This document shows positions 19,284-27,422 of a DNA stretch of 64,000 nucleotides, piece after piece. Under the pieces are notes generated by a model. That model was not told the DNA's origin. It did not search any database and was given only the letters and a program-made list of their open reading frames with translations. Position 1 is the first letter of the stretch; each line of letters opens with the position of its first letter. This DNA comes from an uncultured Christensenella sp. (lineage in GTDB: Bacteria; Bacillota; Clostridia; Christensenellales; UBA1242), in the NCBI GenBank assembly GCA_964455585.1, contig CAYVXW010000002.1:1734-65733 (forward strand), written 5' to 3'. A program made the translations under genes and the position numbers.

Positions 19284-19616
19284 TTAATCTTTTGGAATAA
19301 CTCTTTCCAAATAAATCCTATCATCAAAACCGCCACGCTTAGCACTTTTTCCGTTCGCAATTGAAACTATTTCATCAAGGCTTGAGCCCTCTAATTTTGC
19401 CATAGCCCTAATAATTTCCAAGACATCGGCAAGTTCTTCTAGCCTATCCGTCCTATTGTCCGCACCAACAACCTCTTTTGCCTCTTCAAAAAGTTTATTG
19501 TCTAATTCCCTCTTGTATTCCTCGTCACCCAACTTTCTTTCCACTGGCGTTTCGCCCTTAGACCTAATTATATTGGGAATGCCGTCTCTTACTAATTTGT
19601 TATATATTCTATCCAT
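19284..19616 (-). CDS. MazG-like all-alpha NTP pyrophosphohydrolase (small PRA-PH-like family)
   Basis: The protein reads MDRIYNKLVRDGIPNIIRSKGE...EE.KEV......RLEELADVLEII.A...LEG, which matches my memory of small MazG-superfamily house-cleaning enzymes. I placed the start at ATG 19616 (GGAG 6 nt upstream). Confidence 0.7.
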   Translation of the reverse strand: MDRIYNKLVRDGIPNIIRSKGETPVERKLGDEEYKRELDNKLFEEAKEVVGADNRTDRLEELADVLEIIRAMAKLEGSSLDEIVSIANGKSAKRGGFDDRIYLERVIPKD

Positions 19617-19629
19617 ACTTTTCTCCATT

Positions 19630-20007
19630 TTAATATATTCTTTTATTCGGAATAACGCCTCGGACACCACCCCTAGGATTATCCACGTCCCCATTATATC
19701 TTGGTATTAAATGCATATGCACATGCATAACGGTTTGCCCCGCCGAACTACCACAATTAAGCCCTACATTATACCCGTCTGGGCAATATTTTTTGTCTAC
19801 AATTTTTTTACATTCATTCAGCAACGCAATCATATCATTTTGCTCACGAGCCGACAAATCAAAAAAGGTTTTTGCGTGCCTCTTTGATATTATTAAAATA
19901 TGTCCATTACTTACAGGAAATCCATCGTAAAAAGCCACACACGACTCGTTCTCCGCAACACGCTCCTTTGTTTTCATAAAATTATCACAGAACACACAAT
20001 TTTCCAT
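19630..20007 (-). CDS. HIT-family nucleotide hydrolase/transferase
   Basis: The histidine triad is HVHMHLIPR, with an N-terminal CVFC. The start is MENCVFC (ATG 20007, AGAGGT 7 nt upstream), following a double stop of the upstream gene. Confidence 0.85.
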   Translation of the reverse strand: MENCVFCDNFMKTKERVAENESCVAFYDGFPVSNGHILIISKRHAKTFFDLSAREQNDMIALLNECKKIVDKKYCPDGYNVGLNCGSSAGQTVMHVHMHLIPRYNGDVDNPRGGVRGVIPNKRIY

Positions 20008-20023
20008 AACAAATACCTCTTTA

Positions 20024-20839
20024 TTACATAGTCCTTTCATCGGTCATGCCACGAACCGAATCGTTTAAAATGTCTCTTTTCCCCTGAGGGGTTTGAATAT
20101 CCCAAAACACCAATTTCCCATTGTTGTTCATCGACGCCGAAACAACATATTCTTTAGAAATTGTCCAATTTTTATCGATATTTTGGACATGTTCAATCAG
20201 TTTTTCAATTAACGCACAATCCATCGGTATAAATTTATGATCAAAAATTTCTTCTGTCACCGGAACACCCATTTTGTTTAATTTATTAATTCTTACAAGT
20301 TTATTGTTATCAAATTCAAACTGATTAACAATATTTAATTTTATATATCTCCACCACTCTTCTTGCCATCCGCGTCTTATTGGAAGATCAAAAGAAATTG
20401 TCTCTTGCGGAGAAATATCTCCCCTATTGATATCTGATACATCAAAGCCCTTTCCAACGCACTCCATAATTAAAATGCCCGCTTCTCTCTTTACATACAA
20501 ATTTATGCCATATATGTTTTTTGTACGATCTATAGGTTGAAGCAACCATAACTGTGTGCCATCAACCAATTTTTTTTCTAACTCATCAAGACTTAACTTC
20601 GCTTTGCTCCCGCCTCGAATAGGACTTGTGGTTGGATGCGTGTATTGGTATCTAACCGTACAGTAATCCGACTGAAGAACATCTTTAATTTGCTCAATTT
20701 TGCTATCGGTGATTTTTTCGTTCTCTTCAAATAACACACTATCCAAAACAGGACAATTAACTCCTGCCAAAAATTGATATGTTGATATTTTCTCATTTTT
20801 GCTATTCTTATAAGAGTTATTTGGCAAAATAATCATCAT
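20024..20839 (-). CDS. Uncharacterised 271-aa protein with no motif I can place
   Basis: The ORF shows good coding character. The start is ATGATG at 20839 with GAGGAGG upstream, overlapping the upstream gene by 23 nt. Confidence 0.7.
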   Translation of the reverse strand: MMIILPNNSYKNSKNEKISTYQFLAGVNCPVLDSVLFEENEKITDSKIEQIKDVLQSDYCTVRYQYTHPTTSPIRGGSKAKLSLDELEKKLVDGTQLWLLQPIDRTKNIYGINLYVKREAGILIMECVGKGFDVSDINRGDISPQETISFDLPIRRGWQEEWWRYIKLNIVNQFEFDNNKLVRINKLNKMGVPVTEEIFDHKFIPMDCALIEKLIEHVQNIDKNWTISKEYVVSASMNNNGKLVFWDIQTPQGKRDILNDSVRGMTDERTM

Positions 20840-21491
20840 TTTCCTCCTCAACATGTCCGTCAAATACTTGCGGATTGTTTTTATAAAACTGAATACTTTC
20901 TTCAATTTTATCAAGCATTGGAGAGTCTCTCCAATTCCAATTCAACATATCCAAACTCTCCGCCAAAACTTTTCGCAAAAATTGCGAAGGCAACCCCTGA
21001 TGTGTAATAATATAATTTGAGCCATCTATATCCCTATAATACAAGTATGTATCGTGCTCCTTACACACATTTCGCAAATCTGATATGTCATTGATTGGCA
21101 AAACATCAAACTTGTACTTTTCAATATCCCTCAAAAGAGAGCTATTGTGAGGAAAAGAGTGCAAATGTGCATGTACAATACTCTTCCCACTCTCATTGTG
21201 TGGGAAGAGTGCCCCATGTTCAAAAAATGCAGATTTTGAATTAAAATAATCGTTATTAATTTTTTCTTGCCAAGACACAATCTTTTCCAACTCGGAATAT
21301 TGCGCGTCAGTCAGTTCACCAAAACAATTGATATGTTTTTTAGGAACTATTAATTGATAATTGCTAACAAACCCTCCCGTGGTCGGAAAAACAACAAAAC
21401 TACTTGTTTGTCCAACAATTCGAGACTTCCCCACCACACTTTCCTTAGGATTTCGTAATTCCACGCAAAATGGACAATCCTTCTTTTCCAT
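20817..21491 (-). CDS. HIT-like protein with a C-terminal extension
   Basis: It has an N-terminal CPFC and the triad-like HAHLHSFP, followed by about 100 extra C-terminal residues. The ATG lies 2 nt after the upstream stop, with GAGGAGGTG inside the upstream gene's end. Confidence 0.7.
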   Translation of the reverse strand: MEKKDCPFCVELRNPKESVVGKSRIVGQTSSFVVFPTTGGFVSNYQLIVPKKHINCFGELTDAQYSELEKIVSWQEKINNDYFNSKSAFFEHGALFPHNESGKSIVHAHLHSFPHNSSLLRDIEKYKFDVLPINDISDLRNVCKEHDTYLYYRDIDGSNYIITHQGLPSQFLRKVLAESLDMLNWNWRDSPMLDKIEESIQFYKNNPQVFDGHVEEENDDYFAK

Positions 21492-21493
21492 AT

Positions 21494-22342
21494 CTACACC
21501 TCCTCGAAAACATCGTATATGTTAGATTCTAATTTCTTTGTATTAATCATTTTCAGTTTCCCATCTTGTTCCAATATTAGTATTTTGCCAACTATAAGCT
21601 TAATATTGCCACACAAACTATCAACATTATTTGTTATTTCAACTTGTGTCCCCTCGCTAACACAAACCTTTTCCAACAATGTGCGAAAACAGACATATTG
21701 TGGTTCTTTCAAAAAGTATTGCTTGTACTCTAAAATGTTGTCAACAAAGCCATTTAAACAATCTAGCAATTTGTGTTTTGCGGTCTCCTCATCTAACGGT
21801 ACAAAAAAATTCTTCATTTTGTATGAATTTATCACCATTCCCGCAACGCCACAATTCATAATCTGTTTTTCTATACTTCTTGCCATTTGACCTGATTGCA
21901 CCTTTGCAACCAAAAAAGCGATAAGCGCCCCTTGTTCCAAAAGCCGCTCTTTCCACCTCATTTCAGAAGCCGTACCAACCTTAATTTTGTCGCCGGCAAA
22001 ATAGGCCAAATACACATAATGAGGGGAATCACAATAGTCCAAGGAATATTTGTTATTGTTTTTACATGGCCGTTGTCCATGACAAGAAACACACTTATAA
22101 AACTCATATGCATATTTGCATCTATTGCATTGTGTATCTACGCCCGCCACCGTATTGTTACACCCGATATATTCCTGTGTTTTAGGGTTAATCGTTCCCA
22201 CACACATCCTTAGCCCAGTTTTTTTTATTTTGATGCTGCCCGGGACACTTATATATTCATCTTCATTTTTGTTTTGTATCTTAATGTGCATTAAAGGCTC
22301 ATTTTCTCCACGCCACACGACACCCAAAAAGGTCACTTTCAT
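21494..22342 (-). CDS. Cys-rich (zinc-ribbon-like) protein followed by a YVYLA...KIKVGTA...R...EQGA core
   Basis: The Cys cluster is C..C.......C..C...C........C. It is followed by HYVYLAYFAGDKIKVGTASEMRWKERLLEQGA. From memory this resembles DUF2797 or T5orf172/GIY-YIG-like cores; this is not verified. Confidence 0.65.
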   Translation of the reverse strand: MKVTFLGVVWRGENEPLMHIKIQNKNEDEYISVPGSIKIKKTGLRMCVGTINPKTQEYIGCNNTVAGVDTQCNRCKYAYEFYKCVSCHGQRPCKNNNKYSLDYCDSPHYVYLAYFAGDKIKVGTASEMRWKERLLEQGALIAFLVAKVQSGQMARSIEKQIMNCGVAGMVINSYKMKNFFVPLDEETAKHKLLDCLNGFVDNILEYKQYFLKEPQYVCFRTLLEKVCVSEGTQVEITNNVDSLCGNIKLIVGKILILEQDGKLKMINTKKLESNIYDVFEEV

Positions 22343-22368
22343 ATTTACACCAATTATTCATTTTTTAT

Positions 22369-22377
22369 ATTTTATCA
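22369..22377 (-). promoter_or_regulatory. Extended -10 box TGATAAAAT in the folA-downstream gap
   Basis: The minus strand reads TGaTAAAAT about 27 nt upstream of ATG 22342. No good -35 is present. Confidence 0.35.
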
Positions 22378-22401
22378 TATTGTTAAAAAAATTACAACTC
22401 T

Positions 22402-22905
22402 TTATAACCTCAAACAACCTCTATTTTCATACACATTAAACCTATAGCCTAGCCCGTTTTCGTGGGCTTTTTCACCCAAGGTCTTTAGCGTCCAATTTGG
22501 CATAGTTTTTATGTTGTTTATATATGTGTCGGCATCCGCCACCGACGCATCCACCTCGGTGATATAGGCATACTTGCAATATGGCATAAGTAGATTGTAT
22601 ACACTTCCGCCACCTATTACAAATATGTCGTCGGTATTATACTTTTTTAGTTTGTCTAATAGGTCGTCAAGACTTCTAGCAATTATAACGCCCTCGTCCA
22701 TAAAATTTGGGTCGCTACTAAGCACAATGTTTGTCCTATTTTTTAGTGGTCTAAATGGCAAAGAATGATAGGTCCTTTCGCCCATTACAACCACCTTGCC
22801 AGTCGTCTTTTCTTTAAAATATTTTAGGTCGCTTGGCAAATTGAAAAGTAGGTCGTTATCCTTTCCAATGGCAAATTCCTTTGATACCGCAACTATAAAG
22901 TTCAT
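22402..22905 (-). CDS. folA: Dihydrofolate reductase
   Basis: The N-terminus MNFIVAVSKEFAIGKDNDLLFNLPSDLKYFKEKTTGKVVVMGERTYHSLP follows the DHFR pattern. The protein is 167 aa, and its start abuts the thyA stop. Confidence 0.9.
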   Translation of the reverse strand: MNFIVAVSKEFAIGKDNDLLFNLPSDLKYFKEKTTGKVVVMGERTYHSLPFRPLKNRTNIVLSSDPNFMDEGVIIARSLDDLLDKLKKYNTDDIFVIGGGSVYNLLMPYCKYAYITEVDASVADADTYINNIKTMPNWTLKTLGEKAHENGLGYRFNVYENRGCLRL

Positions 22906-23736
22906 CTAGATTGCCACCTCAATTTTGTATTTTTTGTCGTTGTATTTATAGTTTTCAAACTCAAAACTATCTACTGTAAAGTCGTAGAAATCCTTGACAT
23001 TTTCGTCCATTTTAAAAGTTGGAGCGTCGTATTGTTCGTGCTCAATTATTTCCTTTATGATAGGAATATGTCTTTCGTAAATATGTGCGTCGGCAATTAC
23101 GTGAACAAGTTCGCCCACCTCGTATCCCGTTGCACGGGCAATCATATGCACAAGCACGGCATATTGACAAACGTTCCAGTTGTTTGCGGTAAGCATATCT
23201 TGGGAGCGTTGGTTGAGTATGGCGTTTAGTTTGTTGCCCGAAACATTGAATGTCATTGAATATGCACAAGGTGCAAGCCCCATTTCGTGTAAATCGTGGT
23301 GATTATATATATTTGTAAGTATTCGCCTACTAGTAGGGTTGTGCTTTAGGTCATAAATAACTCTATCCACTTGGTCAAACATCCCTTCCTTATATTTGTG
23401 CTTAACCCCCAGTTGATAGCCGTATGCCTTGCCTATACTTCCGTTTTCGTCCGCCCAACTATCCCAAATATGGCTATTTAGGTCGGCTATATTATTACTC
23501 TTTTTTTGCCAAATCCAAAGTAGTTCGTCTATGCAATTTTTGTAGTTGGTTTTTCTAATTGTTATAATTGGAAATTCTTTACTTAAGTCGTATCTATTTA
23601 CAATACAAAACTTTTTGATTGTATGGGCGGGAGTGCCGTCTAGCCACCTAGTCCTAACATCCATTCCCTTGTCCCAAACTCCATTTTCCAGTATGTCCTT
23701 TACATTTTGTACAAAAACTTTATCTGCGTAACTCAT
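22906..23736 (-). CDS. thyA: Thymidylate synthase (B. subtilis ThyA-like)
   Basis: Motifs include NPTSRR, the catalytic-Cys segment LAPCAYSMTF, RSQDM and IADAHIY. The start is MSYADK (ATG 23736, AAGGAG upstream) rather than the track start at 23778. Confidence 0.92.
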   Translation of the reverse strand: MSYADKVFVQNVKDILENGVWDKGMDVRTRWLDGTPAHTIKKFCIVNRYDLSKEFPIITIRKTNYKNCIDELLWIWQKKSNNIADLNSHIWDSWADENGSIGKAYGYQLGVKHKYKEGMFDQVDRVIYDLKHNPTSRRILTNIYNHHDLHEMGLAPCAYSMTFNVSGNKLNAILNQRSQDMLTANNWNVCQYAVLVHMIARATGYEVGELVHVIADAHIYERHIPIIKEIIEHEQYDAPTFKMDENVKDFYDFTVDSFEFENYKYNDKKYKIEVAI

Positions 23737-23782
23737 TTTTATGTTCTCCTTTTTTATAGCAAGTTTGCTTGAAACCAAAAAT

Positions 23783-23791
23783 ATTTTAGCA
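23783..23791 (-). promoter_or_regulatory. Extended -10 box TGCTAAAAT upstream of thyA
   Basis: The minus strand reads TGcTAAAAT, with TTGTTG 16 nt upstream. This would give a leader of about 40 nt. Confidence 0.4.
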
Positions 23792-24052
23792 TATTTATTT
23801 TGCCCAACAAAACACTTTTTGTGGAGTTACAAAAAAATGCAACTTATCCACAAAGTGGGGCTCTCGCTCTCCACATTCTAATATGCTTTTTGCATTTTCA
23901 AAACCCAATAGCCCATAAGTTTCATCCGCTTCACTCAAAACCAGGGGGTTACCGCTATGGTCAAACTTTGGTTGGCGAAAACCAAAATCAAAGTTATCCA
24001 CACACTTGACCCCATTGTGGATAAAATTGTTTTTAAAAATCGCCCAAACCCC

Positions 24053-24081
24053 TTGACAAAGGACACCACAACGGCTACAAT
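24053..24081 (+). promoter_or_regulatory. Sigma-A promoter of the metK leader
   Basis: The layout is TTGACA (24053-24058), N17, TACAAT (24076-24081). The predicted transcription start near 24088 coincides with the 5' end of the riboswitch. Confidence 0.6.
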
Positions 24082-24087
24082 ATACAT

Positions 24088-24216
24088 ATCCATAAAGAGT
24101 GTGCGAGGGACAGCCCCGATGACCACACAGCAACCTGCGTCCCCCCGCAAGGTGCTAAAGGCTGACCGATGGGACTCATAATATACCTCACCCCATCGGT
24201 TTCGATGGGATTTTTT
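24088..24216 (+). promoter_or_regulatory. SAM riboswitch (S-box/SAM-I-like core) with terminator/antiterminator platform
   Basis: The core reads AAAGAG-TGTG-c-GAGGGA-caGCCCCGATGA-c-CACA-GCAACC-[tgcg-tcccccc-cgca]-aGGTGCTAAAgg. The terminator is CCCATCG-gttt-CGATGGG followed by T6 (24192-24216). The alternative 9-bp helix pairs ACCGATGGG (24165-24173) with CCCATCGGT (24192-24200). Confidence 0.75.
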
Positions 24217-24256
24217 GTTACTTTTTATGGAAATACAAACAAAAAAGAGAGAACTT

Positions 24257-25378
24257 ATGAGAAATTTATTTAAAAAAACAAAAGAAAGATACATTATATC
24301 TAGCGAGTCGGTAAATATCGGTCACCCTGACAAAACTTGCGATGTGATTGCCGACAGTTTTTTGGACGAAGCATTGGCTCAAGACCCAATGTCTATGATG
24401 GCAGTGGAATGTGCAATTAAGGACAACACCCTATTTATCTATGGCGAAGCCACAACAAAAGCCAAAATTGACTATGAGGAAATTGCAAGAAAAAAACTAA
24501 AAGAAATTGGCTACGATTGCGAATTTAAAATTGTAAAAAAACTATCCAAACAAAGCGTTGAAATCGGAAACGCCGTGCTCCAAAGCGAAATAAGCGCCAA
24601 CGACCAAGGCATTATGTATGGCTATGCTAGCGACGAAACCGATGAGTATATGCCAATGCCAATAACTATTGCTCATAGCCTTATGAGGACATACGACGAA
24701 TATAGGAAGAAAAACAAAAAGTATTGTCCCGACGCAAAAGCCCAAGTGTCTATTGAGTACGAGGACGGAAACCCTAAGCATATCGAGACCATACTATTGT
24801 CGGTGTCGCACAAAGAGGGGCTCAAAAACTCGGCAATTGCAAAAACTATGAAGGAAGAGGTCATCGCCCCAACCCTTCAAAAATATATAGGGCTTGTGGA
24901 CGAGAACACAAAGTATATAATCAACCCTAGCGGAAGTTTTACTATTTGGGGAAGTTTTTCGGATAGCGGATGTGTTGGAAGAAAAATTGTTGTTGACACC
25001 TATGGCGGAGTGGGCAGAGTTGGCGGAGGTTGTTTCTCTTCCAAAAACCCAACCAAAGTAGATAGAAGTGGCGCGTACTACGCTAGATTTGTTGCCAAAA
25101 ACATTGTAGCAAACGGACTTGCCAAAAGATGCGAAATTCAAGTGGCTTATGGCATAGGGCTAAGCAAGCCTATTAGCATTTATATTGATACCTTTGGCAC
25201 CGAAAAAGTAAAACTGTCTAGGATTTATGATATTGTAAACACAAACTTCGACTTCTCGGTTGGCAAAATTATTGAAAGCCTAAACCTAACCCAACCAATC
25301 TACACCAAAACCGCTTGCTTTGGTCACTTTGGAAACCCCGAGTACCCTTGGGAAAAAATTATTGAACTAAAAAAGTAG
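24257..25378 (+). CDS. metK: S-adenosylmethionine synthetase
   Basis: Motifs are GHPDKTCD, NDQGIMYGYA, DAKAQVSIEY and GGGCFSSKNPTKVDRSGAYYAR. I placed the start at MRNLFKK (ATG 24257), downstream of the terminator. The track start at 24215 would lie inside the terminator. Confidence 0.92.
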   Translation: MRNLFKKTKERYIISSESVNIGHPDKTCDVIADSFLDEALAQDPMSMMAVECAIKDNTLFIYGEATTKAKIDYEEIARKKLKEIGYDCEFKIVKKLSKQSVEIGNAVLQSEISANDQGIMYGYASDETDEYMPMPITIAHSLMRTYDEYRKKNKKYCPDAKAQVSIEYEDGNPKHIETILLSVSHKEGLKNSAIAKTMKEEVIAPTLQKYIGLVDENTKYIINPSGSFTIWGSFSDSGCVGRKIVVDTYGGVGRVGGGCFSSKNPTKVDRSGAYYARFVAKNIVANGLAKRCEIQVAYGIGLSKPISIYIDTFGTEKVKLSRIYDIVNTNFDFSVGKIIESLNLTQPIYTKTACFGHFGNPEYPWEKIIELKK

Positions 25379-25448
25379 GCTTTTATCTTCGTGGTCAAAA
25401 CCACTAGGTGCCTAAAACTTTATCTAATAAGCATAGACCCCAAAACCA

Positions 25449-25484
25449 ATCTTGTACAAAGACAATTTGTGCAAGATTTTTTTA
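25449..25484 (+). terminator. Intrinsic terminator after metK
   Basis: The sequence is ATCTTGTACA-aagacaat-tTGTGCAAGAT followed by T7, with one mismatch in the stem. Confidence 0.55.
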
Positions 25485-25574
25485 TTTTTTTAGCCTAACA
25501 AAGCCCAAATTTATTGCTTAAATAAAAATAATGTAGTAATCTATTTTAATATAGATATTAAAAAAGGGGGACAT

Positions 25575-27398
25575 ATGGCACACACTAAAGAGAAAAAAAT
25601 TAAGGAGCCAAACAAGTTAAAAGATTATCCAGGGCTTAAAAAACTCATCCCCTACTACAAAAAATACTTGAAATTGTTTTTGCTAACAATGGGGCTAATG
25701 TTGCTATCCGCCATAGTTGGATTTTTGAACCCACTATTTTCGGCTCAAGCACTTGCACATCTTTCCGAAAAAAACTTTATGCCCGCCCTTTATTTTGCCC
25801 TTGCAACCTTGGGCGTAAGAGTGCTTATAAACATCATAAATTACTTTTATAACTATTGCTACATAAAGATGGATAGGCGGGTTGTGTATGACATAAAAAC
25901 CGCACTAATTAGTGCCATAACCTCGGTTACAATGTCAAAAAACGACCAAACCAACAACGGCATATATATTGAACGCTTGCACGAGGACACAGGAAGATGT
26001 TCGGATGTGCTACTAGACATTATGTCGGTTGCACTAGATATTATTAGCAATGTTGCTTTCCTATTCTACATAGCAGTCTTAAACATTTGGTTCTTTTTGA
26101 TGCTTCTAGTATATGTAATTGTGCTTTGGCTTTTTGACAACAAAAAAGAGTATGTTTGGTACAAGCAACGAAAGAGTTATAGGACAAAAAGAGAAATTGC
26201 AACGGGTGCATACAACGAACAAGTTAGAGGGCTTAGAGACCTAAAAAGTTTGAACATTAGACGCAAAACCATTGCCGACTCGGGCGAAAAATTCAAGGAC
26301 GCCGAAGCCGTTAGTCAAAAATCCAGATTTACAAGACGAAAGTTTATTATGGCAAGGGATATTGTTGGAGCAATATTCGAGGTGGGATTTTTCCTAGCGG
26401 GAATACTATTTATAAAGTCCAGTTGGATTAGTTTGTCGGGATTCCTAGTCATATATATGTATCACGGAAATGTAAAAGGGCTTTCGTCCTATGTGGCGTC
26501 TATTAAGCAATATGCAATTGAGGGCGAACTATCCGCTCAAAGAGTGTTTGAAATAATTGACGAGTATCCCAAAGAGAAATTTGGCGAAAGCGAAATAAAG
26601 ATAACAAACGGCATAGTTGAACTAAAAAATGTAAACTTTGGCTACTCAAAAGAAACCCCTATTCTCAAAAATCTAAGCCTAACATTTGAGCCAAACAAAA
26701 CCACCGCAATTGTTGGAAAAAGCGGAAGCGGAAAAAGCACTATACTATCACTACTAAATAAACTCTATGAGGTGGACAGTGGTCAAATCCTACTTGACGG
26801 CGTGGACATAAATTCTCTAAATGAAAGTTCGCTTAGGGACAACATTGGAGTTGTAACCCAATCGCCATATATCTTCAATAGAACCATACGCGAAAATTTG
26901 CTATTTGTAAAAGAAGATGCAACCGAGGAAGAAATGATTTCCGCACTAAAGCGAGCGTACATTTGGGACTTTGTAAAGAAGCAAAAATTAGGGCTAGATA
27001 GCACCGTTGGTGAAAATGGCGTAATGTTATCGGGCGGACAAAAACAAAGGCTTGCTATTGCAAGAATACTACTTAAAAATAGCCCAATTATTGTGCTAGA
27101 CGAGGCAACAAGTGCACTAGACAACGAAAGTCAAAGGCTAATTGTAAACGCCATAGACGACCTAAAAAAGGACCACACAATTATAATTGTTGCCCATAGG
27201 CTTTCTACCATTCTTGACGCCGACTGCATTATGGTGCTTGACGATGGAAGGGTTATTGACCAAGGCACACACAAAGAACTTTATCGCAGATGCAAAATGT
27301 ATAAAGAACTATACAAAACAGAAGAAACAACCGACCTACTTACCAAAACTTTGCAAGAAAACAACGCCCTTCCGGACGAACTTAAAAACGCACTTTAG
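25575..27398 (+). CDS. ABC exporter, fused permease/ATPase (MsbA/multidrug type)
   Basis: An N-terminal 6-TM domain is followed by Walker A GKSGSGKST, signature LSGGQKQR and Walker B IIVLDEATSALD. Confidence 0.9.
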   Translation: MAHTKEKKIKEPNKLKDYPGLKKLIPYYKKYLKLFLLTMGLMLLSAIVGFLNPLFSAQALAHLSEKNFMPALYFALATLGVRVLINIINYFYNYCYIKMDRRVVYDIKTALISAITSVTMSKNDQTNNGIYIERLHEDTGRCSDVLLDIMSVALDIISNVAFLFYIAVLNIWFFLMLLVYVIVLWLFDNKKEYVWYKQRKSYRTKREIATGAYNEQVRGLRDLKSLNIRRKTIADSGEKFKDAEAVSQKSRFTRRKFIMARDIVGAIFEVGFFLAGILFIKSSWISLSGFLVIYMYHGNVKGLSSYVASIKQYAIEGELSAQRVFEIIDEYPKEKFGESEIKITNGIVELKNVNFGYSKETPILKNLSLTFEPNKTTAIVGKSGSGKSTILSLLNKLYEVDSGQILLDGVDINSLNESSLRDNIGVVTQSPYIFNRTIRENLLFVKEDATEEEMISALKRAYIWDFVKKQKLGLDSTVGENGVMLSGGQKQRLAIARILLKNSPIIVLDEATSALDNESQRLIVNAIDDLKKDHTIIIVAHRLSTILDADCIMVLDDGRVIDQGTHKELYRRCKMYKELYKTEETTDLLTKTLQENNALPDELKNAL

Positions 27399-27422
27399 AA
27401 AAACAAAAAGGAGTAAAATATT

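Noticed and set aside
22906-23736. thyA as a phage-type pyrimidine hypermodification enzyme, given the neighbouring MazG/HIT genes
   Set aside because: The sequence is collinear with B. subtilis ThyA-type thymidylate synthases, including the catalytic Cys segment. It is followed directly by a normal folA, so I see no reason to call it anything but thyA.
23795-24294. Minus-strand ORFs 23795-24133 and 23935-24294 between thyA and metK
   Set aside because: Their 5' parts run antisense through the SAM riboswitch and the metK promoter, and no RBS is present. The 3' two-thirds of 23795-24133 (…DNFDFGFRQPKFDHSGNPLVLSEADETYGLLGFENAKSILECGE…) looks vaguely protein-like and could be a gene remnant. 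I cannot support a call. I also looked there for a THF- or ZTP-type leader for thyA and found no convincing core.
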